Shown here: piece by piece, positions 51,006 to 64,000 of the stretch
Position numbering within the stretch: the stretch's first letter is position 1
Layout: each line of letters opens with the position of its first letter
Source: Octopus vulgaris
Lineage: Eukaryota
DNA length: 64,000 nucleotides
NCBI GenBank assembly: GCA_951406725.2
Contig: OX597814.1
Span: 25,358,001-25,422,000, forward strand
Reading direction: 5' to 3'
Made by a program: the position numbers and the translations under genes
Notes under the pieces: generated by a model
What the model was told of the DNA's origin: nothing
The model's database searches: none
What the model saw: the letters and a program-made list of their open reading frames with translations, nothing else

Positions 51006-52684
51006 TCGATAGGGATATACATTTATCTACATAGATAGATATATACATCTATGCACACACACAAACATACACATATACACACACACATATATAGATATAT
51101 ACATATATATATGAGAGAGAAACAGGAAGAGAGGGGGAGACATAGATACACATAAACTGATAGAGGAGAGAGAAAAAGAGGAAGTTTTAATGTGTTGGTT
51201 CGTGTAAAGATGAGATGGGGAAGAGGAAAGAGGGAGGGAGGGAGGAAGTTTTTGTGAGAAGAACTTCATGAGTGAGAAACAGAAACAGAGAGAACACCCT
51301 AACATCAACAACAATAAGAAAAACAACAACAATTCTAGTGCTGCAACAGTAACAATAACAGTAATAACAACAACAAGTACCATAGAAAAAGAGCATAGAT
51401 ATCATTTTCTGAAAGGCTTTTATTATTCTCTTTAAAAATTCTTGACGAAGCACAAAAGATTAACAGGAAACACTCATCCTGGTCTTATTTTGCATTCCCA
51501 GAATTCCTCAAATAAATATGTTTTTGATTCTTAGTATCAAGCATGATTGATAATGTGAGAAATGTTGCCATCTTTAACATCTGATCAGGGCCTTGAGGTG
51601 TGATAGGGGCAGGCTGAAAACAACAACAAAGACAAAATATCAACATCAACAACTATAACAATAACAACAATCTATTTAGGAAGAAAATAACAAATCAAAA
51701 TAAAACAAAAGAATAGTAGAATAAAATGAACAAACAAAAACTAAACACACAGGCTCACACATACATACATACACACAAACAGTCATACATACACACACAT
51801 ACAGAGATTAAACAGTCATACATAGACTCACGCACTATCTTTCTTGCCAGTTCAAGTCATATCATAAGCATAATCGTTCAGCGAACATCTCCGAAGAATG
51901 ACGGATAATAACAATTCAGATAGAACTCCGTTTAGTTACAGGTTTAGGAAGTTGCAGACAAAGAAGAGAAATAAAGAAAAAAAACGAAAGAGGAGGAGGA
52001 GAGTACACAAGCAAGTAAGAGATTGAACAGTATGAGGGAGGAGGAGTAAGGATAAAGATAAAAATGAGAAGAAAACACCCTCATAGTATATTAAATATAA
52101 ACATAACTTAATGATAACTGTTTAAGGACTTATATGATATCAGCTAAGTTGTTGATTTTTGCAATTTTTATTTTGTTCTTTGTTTATTTTTTTCTTTCTT
52201 TCTATTTTTGTTTATCTTTAAAACCAATTCCATGAGGTACCAGAAGACTACAATTCCAAATCAATTACTGAGATGCTGATTGCATCTCAGTTTACTGTTG
52301 GAAACTGAAATTAGAGAAAGCAATTGTTTTAGCTACATTGTTTTGAATTTTGAGTTTATATTCATAGTTTCATAGTTTCCCGTTGCATTTGATCCATTCA
52401 ATGTCAATAAAATAAATACCAGTCATTACGGGGGTCGATATAAGCAACTATATCTCTTTAGAAACTGGTGCCCAGTTTAAATCATAAATATGATTGTTCT
52501 TGTTGCTGTTTTCAACCTGCATTTTTTACTACACCTCAAGTTCTAATCAGATTCATACTTACGACCAAAACATTTTACATTGTGTTTATCTTTAAAAAAA
52601 ACTCTCTTATTTGCTATATAACTTTAAACTCTGCTTACTAATAGCATTAAAAACATATTGTGCACCCATCCTTTAGTAATTAAT

Positions 52685-53273
52685 ATCGGTTTCAAATGTT
52701 GACACAATGCCAGCAATTTTGGGAGAGGGTCAGGTCAATTACATTGACCCTAATGTTTACTCTTTTACTCTTTTATTTGTTTCAGTCATTTGACTGCGGC
52801 CATGCTGGAGCACTGCCTTTATAGTCGAGCAAATCGACCCCAGGGTTTATTCTTTGTAAGCCTAGTATTTATTCTATCAGTCTCTTTTGCCGAACTGCTA
52901 AGTTACAGAGACTTAAACACACCAGTATCGGATGCCAAGCGATGTTGGGGGTGGACAAACACCACACAAACACACACACACATATATACATATACATATA
53001 TATACATATACGATGGGCTTCTTCCAGTTTTCGTCTACCAAATCCACTCACAAGGCTTTGGTCAGCCCAAGGCTATAGTAGAAGACAGTTGCCCAAGGTG
53101 CCACGCAGTGGGACTGAACCTGAGACCATGTGGTTGGTAAGCAAGCTACTCGGCCCCAAATGGATGAAAAGCAGAGTGGATCTCAGTGGAATTTAAACTC
53201 AGAATGTACATATAGATGAAATGTTGCTAAGCATTTTGCCCAGTGTGTTAATGATTCTTCCAGTTCACCACCT
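52685..53273 (-). mobile_element. SINE B interrupted by SINE A (52757-53150)
   Basis: B 3' part at 52685-52756 and B head at 53151-53273 flank a near-complete family A copy. Confidence 0.75.
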
Positions 53274-53304
53274 TAACCAAAGCTAATTGTAGAGAACCTG
53301 AAGT

Positions 53305-53520
53305 CAGCAAGCTGGCAGAATTGTTAGCATGCTAGGCAAAATACTAAATGGCATTTCTTTTATCTGTATATTCTGAGTTCAAATTCCTCTAAAGTTGACT
53401 TTATCTTTCATCCTTTCAGGGTTGATAAAATAAGTACCAGTTGAACACTGGGGATTGATGTAAATGACTTCCAACTCACACAAACTTATTGACCTTGTGC
53501 CAAAATTTGAAACCAATATT
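53305..53520 (+). mobile_element. SINE family B
   Basis: agctggcagaattgttagc (A box), gagttcaaattc (B box), tttcatcctttcagggttgataaaataagtaccag. Confidence 0.85.
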
Positions 53521-53564
53521 AGAGCACCTGAGCAGTTTGACATTAAATTGACTAATAAACACTC

Positions 53565-53597
<33 letters not shown>

Positions 53598-54049
53598 ACA
53601 CATAATGATTAAAAATCTGTTGGTGAAAGCAAAAGTGGCCAGTTAAGTAGTAAGTACTCAATGCATAGCCTATAATAGAGTAGATATGTTTGATATTAAA
53701 TACAAGCAGCAGTTACCTCATGATCATGATGTTCTATCTCCTCTTAATGTTGAGTTAATATAAAACAAAGATAGAATATGAACTGATTCAGATTCAAAAC
53801 AAAGTAATGCAAACCAATGTGGAAAAAAACATATTTGTGGATGCACAGATGTTGGGAATAGTGATTGAGAGTGAGAAATATTGAATTAATGAATGGATTG
53901 ACTAAAACATTATTGATGCATAAAGACAGATACAAACATATAGAAATATGGTTGTTTCTAGCAGAATCAGAAGATGATCAGCAGGGAAAATGTGTATATC
54001 TTGAATTTTGTAGGAATTCAAATGGGAAGCTCTTGTTAGTGGCATTTGA

Positions 54050-54447
54050 GCAAGGAGTGGCTGTGTGGTAAGTAGCTTGCTTACCAACCACATGGTTCCA
54101 GGTTCAGTCCCACTGCACGACACCTTGGGCAAGTATCTTCTACTATAGCCTAGGGCCGACCAAAGCCTTGTAAGTGGATTTGGTAGAAGGAAACTGAAAG
54201 AAGCCTGTCATATATATGTATATGTATATATATGTGTGTGTTTGTGTGTCTGTGTTTGTCCCTCCCTCTAACATTGCTTGATAACCGATGCTGGTGTGTT
54301 TACGTCCCTGTAACTTAGAGGTTCAGCAAAAGAGACCGATAGAATAAGTACTAGGTTTACAAAGAATAAGTCCTGGGGTCGATTTGCTCGACTAAAGGCG
54401 GTGCTCCAGCATGACCACAGTCAAATGACTGAAACAAGTAAAAAAAA
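54050..54447 (+). mobile_element. SINE family A, full length
   Basis: ggagtggctgtgtggtaag ... gactgaaacaagtaaaaa. Confidence 0.9.
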
Positions 54448-55629
54448 ACAATAGATTATGGTAGCCTGTTTGATGGATGGCTACCATAGCCAAATGAATT
54501 CAAAGGATATCGAATTCTATTTTAAAGACTATATGTATAAAACCAAAGAGGTTTAGCTACTTCTATTAACTATATATTGATACACTATATCAATTGCCAA
54601 ACAATTAGATTCTAGGGGGCAAATGTTAGCTGCAGTGAAGTTATAAGTCCATCATCCCAATAAAGGCCACTTCATTTTGAGTAGAATATATGAACCAACT
54701 AAGTAACTAGTTTCAACTGAGTCATGGGCAATTATTGTAATATCAAAGGAATCATAGAAATTCTTATTAATTCATGATATAATTGATTACCATTTTACAC
54801 CTGTGCAAAATAATACCTATTTTGGTATTTGTGTTATTTATGACAGACTTAGCAAAATAGATTACCTCTGTTAATATGGGCTAAACAAGTCAGTCATAAT
54901 AATCTCATATGTCAAAATAGGTAGAACATGATTCAGGTTTTTTTTTTTGGGGGGGGGGTTCTGGAAAAGATGTGAGTCAGCTAACTCATTGTATATTGGT
55001 TAAGGAAGGAAAATAGAATAGATTAGAGAATAAATTACTTAGAAATGAAATCTGCATGAAAAACAAAAGGGAAGTCAGTGTCAACATGGTTTGCACAGCT
55101 GTCTGGATTATAACAATGTTGGGTTCAATTTCCTTGGATGGTTCTATGTACATAATTTTGTTTCTTGCATCTAAGCTTGCAAAGTGACTAATTTAATTTA
55201 ATATTTATTTTATCATTGAAAATTTCATGTGTGTGTGTGCGTGTCTGCATAGACATATGTGTGTGTGTGTGCCTGCTCTTGTCTTGACCTTGTATGTATG
55301 ATGGTTGTAAATGATTGTCACTGTCATATAAGTGGTAGCCTTCATTTTCAAACTTCCATCAGAACATGCTCAGCCATGGAGAAATATTACTCTGCTTGGA
55401 AACAGGTAAGGGTTGGTGACAGGAAAGGTTTCGAACAGTAGGCAATCTTCCTCAGCAATTTTTGCTCAACTCCTGCATGCATAGTAAAACATGATGATAA
55501 TGATAATCTGTGGAATTACAATAAATGATAAGCCTGCATTTATGCTGATTATGTCTCGAGTTCAAATTGAAAGAAAACAGCAAAATATCATTTAACTGCA
55601 ACAAATGATGGTTTATGCATGATATATTC

Positions 55630-56362
55630 AGAGAAGATCGTGGGCATTATTCAATTACTCTACAAGGAGTTTTCTTGCCAGGTCATCCATGCTGGGAGAT
55701 TGTCAGAGGAATTCAGGGTCAGCATGGGAGTCAGACAGGGCTGTTTGTTGTCACCACTCCTGTTCCTCGTCATGCTGGACTGGGTCACCAGAATGGCCTA
55801 CGCTACCTCCGGGAAAGGTATTCAGTGGACACTGATGAACAAGCTGGAAGACTTGGATTATGCAGATGATCTTGCGCTACTGTCACATCGCTTGCAGGAC
55901 ATGCAAGATAAGGTAGACCACCTGATAGAAACTTCATGGTGAGTGGGCTTCAGGATCAGCCAGGAAAAGACAAAAGTGCTGCGTATCAACAACAAGCAGT
56001 AAGAGCCAATCACAATCGAGGGGGTACCTGTGGAGGACGTTAGTGAGTTTGTCTATCTTGGGAGCAAGATCAGCAAATCAGGTGGTTCAGACGAGGACAT
56101 CACGGCAAGAAGCAAGAAGGCTTGGTAAGCCTTCGCTATTCTTCGGCCAGTATGGAAGTCCACTGCCATCTCAACTCAAACTAAACTCTGCTTATTTAGT
56201 TCAAACGTAAAATCTGTGTTTTTGTATGGCTCTGAAACATGGAGAGCCACCTGCAGCAACTTCAAGAAGATCCGGACCGTCATCAACAAATGTCTTCAGC
56301 AGATCCTCCATCTGAAGTAGTTTGACAGAGTGCCAAACACCAACCTGTTGGAAAGGGGCAAC
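55630..56362 (+). mobile_element. RTE LINE reverse-transcriptase fragment
   Basis: GVRQGCLLSPLLF...LEDLDYADDLALLSH...EKTKVLR...FVYLGSKI...FSSNVKSVFLYGSETW; a single frame with four in-frame stops. Confidence 0.92.
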
Positions 56363-56669
56363 CTTTAATACTAAAATATAAGCAGAAATTAGTTGTAGTT
56401 ACATTTGTGAGTTAAACCATGTATATGTAAACACAGGTTTTCAGTTCTTTGTGTCAGTCTCTTTCAGCATTGCTTTGGAAACTGTGTGGAAGCTTGTTGT
56501 ATAGAGTAAAACTGTTATATTTATTTCTTTAAGTACCAAAATTTGTGTTGCACTTCTACAACCAGGTCATTAACATAATTAATATAATTTAATTGCAGTG
56601 GAAAAATATGTCAGTAACCAGGATTCAAAAAGTAAGTTAAAAATTTAGACAACTCAAGAAACAAATGGC

Positions 56670-57237
56670 ACTGTGTTGGTTACAACGACATGTGTTTCAG
56701 TTGATCTGATTAACAGAACAGCCTGCTGGTGAAATTATCATGCAAGCAGCAGAGCATTCTACAGACATGCATACCTATTTCTTTACTACCCACAAGGGGC
56801 TAAACACAGAGAGGACAAACAAGGACAGACAAACGGATTAAGTCGATTACATCAACCCCAGTGCGTAACTGGTTCTTAATTTATCGACCCCGCCCGAAAG
56901 GATGAAAGGCAAAGTCGACCTCAGCGGAATTTGAACTCAGAACGTAATGGCAGACGAAATACTGCTAAGCATTCCGCCCAGCATGCTAACGATTCTGCCA
57001 GCTCACCTACAGACATGCATACCTTTAACATAGTTCTCAGGGAGATTCAGTGTGACACAGAATGGAACAAGGCTGGTCTTTTGAATTACGGGTATGACTC
57101 ATTTTTGCCAGTTGAGTGAACTGGAGTAATGTGAAATAAAATGTATTGCTCAAGGGTACAGTGAGCTACAAAGCACTGAACTCTCGACTTTACTGTCAGG
57201 AGCCAAATATTCTAACCACTAAGCCACAGGCCTTCAC
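56670..57237 (-). mobile_element. SINE family C split by a SINE B insertion (56777-57006, 18-bp TSD)
   Basis: Family C head GTGAAGGCCTGTGGCTTAGTGGTTAG..GAGTTCAGTGC..CCCTTGAGCAA; TSD CTACAGACATGCATACCT at 56759-56776 and 57007-57024. Confidence 0.85.
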
Positions 57238-57488
57238 CAACTCAAAAAAATGAACAAAAGGTGACTATATCTTTTTGTGTGTTCTAAAATGGCTACAATG
57301 ACTTCTCTGCAATGGAAATTGTTTCATTTTCAACACAGTTTTCAGATCAAGTAATTTGCCAAATAAATGTTTAATTGTGAAATCTCTCTCCCATCCTCTC
57401 TCTCTCTCTCTCTCTCTCCCTTTCTCTCTCTCTTTCTATCTATCTATCTCATTCACTCTTTCTCTCTCTCTCTCTCTCTTCATATATA

Positions 57489-57521
<33 letters not shown>

Positions 57522-58256
57522 CAGATAGATAGATAGATAGATAAATAGGTGTGTGTGTGTGCATCATTTGCCAATATGTGTGTTTGTATATATATATATA
57601 TATACACACACATATATCTTACCGTTTTTACCAATATATAAATATATATATATATTGACAAAGAATGTAAACATCAGTGGGAAACCTCCCAATTCTATTG
57701 CTTTTGAATTAAAATACCCTGTGTGCTATTTGTTTTACCATAGTTTCATAGACAATGCAGTGAACTGGTGATTGACCTGTTGGAGACTTTTGTAACCAAT
57801 GACAATATTGTTTACCAAATGTGATATAAAATGAAAATAAATAAAATCCTTTGTTATAGAGTTTGTTGCAATTTCTGGTTAAAATACTGAAATGTCAACA
57901 ATGGCAACAATGTGCCAGCTGGAATCATTGAAAACATTATAAAACATTAAAATATCTCAAGGCTGTTAACTATCAGTATTTCATTTAATACTATCATTCC
58001 ATAAAACTGTTTACAAATATAACTTATGTGTAATATGAATAACATAGTGCGTTGGCTGAAATCTAATTCAAATCTCTTGACCAAAAGGTTCTAAGTGATT
58101 ATAGACATTTGTGACAAGATGTCTGGAGGTTAAATTTTAATTTGCCTTGCTTATTTGTTATCATGCTTTGAAACATTGGTTCTATAATGTTTAGTACTGT
58201 ATCTTCTTCTCTGACATTGTCTGCTTAATTTTGTCAATGGAATTAAATTAATCAAG

Positions 58257-58695
58257 TTAAAAGACACCATTCGAGTATGATCGTTACCAGCGTCGCCTTA
58301 CTGGCACTTGTGCCTGTGCTAGTAGGGTACCAAGAGCACCATCCGAGCATGATCATTGCCAGAGCGGCCAACTGGCTTCCATGCCGGTGGCACCTAAAAG
58401 GGCAACATTCGAGTGTGATCGTTACCAACTTCACCTTACTGGCACCTGTGCCAGTGGCATGTGTAAAAAGATTCAAGCGAGGTCATTGCCAGTACCGCCT
58501 GACTGGCCCCCATGCTGGTGGCACCTAAAAAGCACTCACTACACTCTCAGAGTGGTTGGCGTTAGGAAGGGCATCCAGCTGTAGAAACCGCCAGATCAAG
58601 ATTGGAGCTTGGTGCAGCCATCTGGTTCGCCAGCCCTCAGTCAAAATCGTCCAACCCATGCTAGCATGGAAAGCGGATGTTAAACGATGATGATG
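58257..58695 (+). mobile_element. Short interspersed repeat family D with internal tandem units and (GAT)n tail
   Basis: Homologous to 20009-20312; weaker copies near 19215, 30312, 33265 and 55255. Confidence 0.8.
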
Positions 58696-61600
58696 GTGAA
58701 GTTATTTTGAATACAACTTAATGACCCAATATAGTGCTCAGTGGGATAGTTTCAACATGGGTGCTGGACCTACTCTGTATAGCATCTTAAAGTTCCTTAT
58801 AATATTTCTAGATTATTTTTAAAATGGGAATCACATAAGTTAGAATGTAAATCTCTTGAATGTATACTCACTTTAGTTTATCACATTATCGTCATACATT
58901 TTAGAAGCTGCTTCTGCACCATAGGTTCTCACTTAAGTCTCAGTTTCTAATATTTACTCAGCAGAAATGGTAGTACAATGCCCATTGCTAGGTTTCACTA
59001 CCTGACAGAATGACAATGAGAATACAATATATATGCAAAGAGAACAAAAAAATAGGGCTTTGTAAACAATAACAAAACTACTTTATTGGGTACTATCTGT
59101 AATGGACAGAATTCAAAATCACAATAAGAGACTGACATGACCAACAGGAACTATAGAGGTGACACCTTCACCAAAATAAAACAATTTGAACATTGATCAA
59201 AAAAGTTTCTACACTGATCAAGGGAGTATCCTGCATAAACGATGGGAATGGGGGCCAAGTCTCCTACAAAACACACCAACATTGTATTAAAAATTGGTAA
59301 AAATACATAAAAATAAAGTAATTCTGTACATCCTCAGAGAATAACTCAGATACCATAGTGCCTGGAAAACAATTGTTAAGTTAGTCTTGAATTAAACATA
59401 AGGTTAATGTGACTCTAGCAGGATGCTAACATTGAGAATGACTTAATGAAACATTTATCTATGGAATCAAAATTTATCTCAATTGTTAATCATTTTCAGA
59501 AGTCTTAATATCTTTTATGATCAAAATGCATATTATCTTTCAGTCACTCAAGCTCTTCTTCTTGTATTTCTTCTTCAGACCCTTTCTCTTTCTCTCTTCT
59601 TTCCTCACTTCTTCTCATTCCTCCTTTTTGTCCATTTCTGTCGATATAGTTATATTAATCTTAACAAATTGGGTTTCATAGAATATTTCTTGGAAACACT
59701 AGATAATGTAGATGATAACTGCTTCAGACTGACTGAAAATATCCCGGTATTTGCCTGAGTCAACTGTCTGAATTCTATCGACTACAGTGCAATATACCCT
59801 TGATAAAAGCACTTCAATCCCACTAACTGCAATTAGGTATCATGTGAAAGATAAAACAGCATAATGAAAGCACATTATAACTGGTGATTACTTCATTAGC
59901 TTGTAATGTTGGATTGAAATCGCACTGAGTCCTGAGAAGACATAGATAAGAGACATACAGAGAGAGAGAGTGGGGGAGAAATAGAGACAAAGAGAGAGAA
60001 TGAGAGTCTGACCTAGGGTTATGTAGTTTTGTACATACAAGTAGTTGCTTAAAGGATTCACGTATAAGTTTCTAACTAAATTTATCATTCAGCCATATGG
60101 TGGAAGGGGACCTGTCATTCTCCTCAGGAGATAGAAGCAAATAAGATTTTCCTTAAAGAAGTCATATATTTCCTGGTGAAGTCCAAACAATAGAAAGCGT
60201 ATGAAATATAGCCAGCAGATTAATAAATGCATGTAAGGTATGGTGACCCCTTGTATGGCATAGAGATTTTCCAGGCTCAACTCACTAGAGTTATTCTTAA
60301 ACATTTACAATAAGCAAATTAGCAACATGTTAATTATAGCTTTCTAAACTCTATATGACTTACTAGTCTGAAGCATTGCAAAGATTGCATCGTAAAATTT
60401 AGGTATTTTCTTTGCTAAATATTTACATCAGCAGAATTGACTGCTACTTATTCAACAGTAGCAACAACAGCTACAAAGGACAGCCACCTTTAACTCTGCA
60501 GCTAAATAACATGAATATCCGCTGTCTTTCTTGATGAAAAATTAACAATTTTAGTCAGCATATTAAATTAGTCAATGAATTAAACCAACATATTAGAAAA
60601 CTTTAATCAGCATACTGAATAGTTCCTCTCCTGTCCATTAGATGCTTGGCACCTGTAGCTCTTCTCTAATGATTAGCTGTAAAAAATTTTTTTATTGCCT
60701 TTTCAGAATTGATCAGGCAAAAATGCTCAGAGATTTGTCAATGTCCCTGAACAAATGATGGCTTTGAACTAGGTTCCACATATAAATGACTTTCTTTTAT
60801 ATTTTTAGATATAATTTCTATTTTATGGTTCAGTTGATTAATATTTTATCAAAGCCATCAGTTTCAGAGGGAAAAAAGTGCAGGGAAAACTTTTTCAGTT
60901 TGTTTACAGAACAACCAACTGTTAGGTTAGTTAAAAATGTTCACTTGAAATAGAAAATTACTCAAGTATCAACAATACATCAGCCATTGCTTAAAATAAA
61001 AAAATAAAAAAACTTGAAGTACTTTCTGAACACAATCATTGACACTTATATGCCAGCACAAATTGACACACAAGTGCACGGTTACTTTACTGGGGAAAAT
61101 ATATTCTTATAATTACAAAATTATGTTCGTTGTTGAGTTAGTGATATGAGCATTGCCTAACCAGGTTAATTTAATAGAATCTGCCAATCAAAGAATTACT
61201 TGGTTAATATTTTTAGCTAATTCTATCCCAACTGAATGATTGTTATGAGACATTTCATGTCCACACTGGATAGGGTGAATGACTATGTAAAAGTTCCCTT
61301 ACTGGTTCATTGTGCACCATTATCATCATTTTCTTCATTTAAAATATGCAACCACCAAACAGTTTTGTCATCTCACTAATTAGCCACATTTGTTTGCTTA
61401 ATTGAATGATTGCATGTTTAATCTAGTATCTTAGAATCTACTGAAAATAGGAAGTTCAAAATTTTAGCAATAATTAACTAAGTGAAACAAGAAAGAAAAT
61501 TACTCTTTTGTTTTTGTTTTTAATTATTTTAAAACTAATTTTAGAATGTTAATTTATTGAAGCTATACTAAAACACCTCTCATAATGGTGTGAGGGCTAT

Positions 61601-63186
61601 GGGTTACACAAAATGTAGACCAGTTGCACCGAGAAAGAAATATTGTATAAATATGTTCATCTATACATTGGTATATATCAAGATAATTCATCTCCTTTGC
61701 TTGTGACTAATTAATATAGTAAAATACATTAAATACCAGCACCATACCTCAAACAGTATTTTTCTTTAGTCTTCTTGTGTAATACTTTTTAATACTATTG
61801 AGTTAAATGCTTAATTCAATAATGCAAAGAAATGTTGGAGCAATGCATATAGTGTTATTTGTGTAGAATTTATATAAATCTATATATAGATATATTTGTA
61901 AATCAATAAGGCGGTGAATATTTTATTTTATAAGTTAATGAAAAAAAGAAATGGAGAGGCATTGATTTTTCATAGGCTCTACTTTTCTGTGAGATTAATG
62001 TGACTGGTCAGCTGTAGCACAATGTGAGGAAAAGAAAACAGATGGACAAGAATTGAGAATTTGATCCAAATGAAATGAACATAGTTAAATATAGAGAAGA
62101 ACCGTGTTGTGGTGTTAAATTGTGCTGTATGTTAGATTTACCTTTTCCAGAAGATGAAGAAGACAGTCAATGTTTTTTTTTTTTATCATAACTCAAGAAA
62201 TTGACTCATAATCTATCTACTACAGGGAGATTGATTGTGATTTGAACTGATAAATACTCCTATGTAACTTGTCTTTACTTGCATTTCTAGGAGCCATGTT
62301 CCTCCTCAGAAGGTGCTCTGATAGTCAATTCAGTGTGTTACTAGAATGTGTCTTCAAGAATATAGAGAAAGAAAATGGAAGGAGTGATAAATGGAATACA
62401 GAAAAATAAATAATAGCAATATATAAAGAAAAAGAATCAGTAAATGAAAATAAAGTGAATGGAAAGACAAAAGGAAGAGAATTTGAAAGAAGACACACAT
62501 GCGTTAAATCAAGACTAAAGCAGGGTGGATCAAGATCAGAGTTAATGAATTAGCCATTAGGAATAAAAATAATAATGTACAATCTGGGGTCCTAAAATGA
62601 CAATTCCTCTTACTCTCTTGTCTTCACTTCAACGAGGAGCAAAGGTCTGAAATGTTAGACACTTCACTCTTCCTTGCAAACTTTCCAATGTAAAATTAAT
62701 AGTTTAGTTAAGAGACAAACAGATTGACCTTGTTTTTAGTTTATAGCAGGTTATATCCATTCATTCCTGTTTGGGTTTCTATCAGAGAACTCTGTACTGT
62801 TGTTTTTCATTGAGGCAAATGATACAACTTGTATATTGAGATATGTTTAAAGTAGATTACAATTTGGCATACAATAGCATCACTAGACATTGCTGTGGCT
62901 GTTATGTCATGCAGTTATGCAAACTCTAAATTTTATCCCATTATGCACCACAGTTTTATTGATTGATCTCGCATGTTTTACTAGAATTATTAGTTATTTC
63001 TTGGATAATATTACTACTGATGGTATCCATAATCTTTTAAGCAGTCTATGGAAAGATCTGAGCATTACAAGCTTACAAAACACTCAGGAGTCACAATACT
63101 AAGTTTCTACTACTTGTCCATTGTCTCTCTGCAGACAGACTTATCAGATTTTATAGATTTTTAATAATTTATTTATTTATTAATCT

Positions 63187-63193
63187 ATTATTA

Positions 63194-63236
<43 letters not shown>

Positions 63237-63276
63237 CATTACTATTATTATTATTATTATCATTATTATTATTATT
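63187..63276. repeat. (TTA)n microsatellite
   Basis: Direct reading. Confidence 0.95.
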
Positions 63277-64000
63277 GTTCATAAGTTTCTATGTTTATTT
63301 TACACCGTCACTACATAACCAAGCACAGATTTGTGTGTTTTGAGTACATGCAGTGCTTTGTGTGTGTGTGCAATTTGATATTATATTGAATGCACTTTTT
63401 GTAAAATAGTTTATTGTAGTGCAATTTTCCTAATGTTGAGCACATAATTAAGTCTTTGAGGTTGGATTATGCCTTTGTCTACGTATTTTTAACTATCCCA
63501 AACAAGGTATTATTGCAGGAGTTCTATTTCCTATTCCACTTTCTCATTAACTCTACTATTTCCAGATCCTTATTTTGATAATATTTCTATTTCCTTTTGA
63601 GATATATCATTCTCTGTTAGAATTGATACATCAGTTAAAAGACATTTCTTTGACTGGTTATTTTTGAGAATAGTAATCTGGTCTGTGTGAATTTTATTGT
63701 CTCAAAATAAGGTTGCTTTCCCTTTCTCTCAGACTTTTCTGTTCTATATTTTTACTATCTCTTTTCTGTCATTTTTCATTAAAGCTGGTATTCTTAGTAT
63801 ATGAAATTTCCAGTTTTGTCCTGTATATAAATGTTCTTTCACTTCTACTGGGTAAAAGTAAAGTACATGATGCATATTCTGTTTTATTATATTGTTTTGT
63901 CAGTTTCTATTGAAAGACTTTACTCTTAGTGTTGGTAGTAAAAATCTTTTGCTCTTAGCTTTTAAAGAATGTATTTTTCAGCCACCCACTATTTTTTTAT

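Noticed and set aside
50456-51453. ORFs of 118-188 aa with hydrophobic stretches
   Set aside because: Built from (GATA)n and GA-rich low-complexity sequence; no domain signal.
59530-59830. Lys/Glu-rich minus-strand reading as a host exon
   Set aside because: Stops in all frames and no clear splice sites; probably decayed repeat or purine-rich low complexity.

Overview
AT-rich, microsatellite-dense animal genomic DNA, intergenic or intronic, with no intact long ORF. The SINE families, (AAT)n/(TA)n/(GATA)n density and TE mix look like a coleoid cephalopod, probably Octopus (recognition, not verified). Most of the window is mobile-element debris. DNA transposons: a full-length degenerate Chapaev3 (20432-22757, TTA TSD), a full-length degenerate Buster/Charlie hAT (40979-43703, 16-bp TIR, 8-bp TSD), and piggyBac- and Tigger-type MITEs. 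Retroelements: RTE, CRE, R4/Dong, CR1-like and Penelope fragments, three tRNA-derived SINE families, and a (GAT)n-tailed short interspersed repeat. Host-gene evidence is limited to a few candidate exons, the best being a minus-strand terminal exon at 35422-35522. Most interesting: (1) four type-I hammerhead-ribozyme-like folds, two of them ending tandem Penelope-derived 'GIY-YIG remnant / (CA)-rich spacer / ribozyme' units; (2) two long palindromes sharing a 14-bp terminus; (3) an RTE copy with a twin-priming-type 5' inversion; (4) nested inverted SINE pairs that could form ADAR substrates. All family assignments come from reading motifs by eye; no searches were run.
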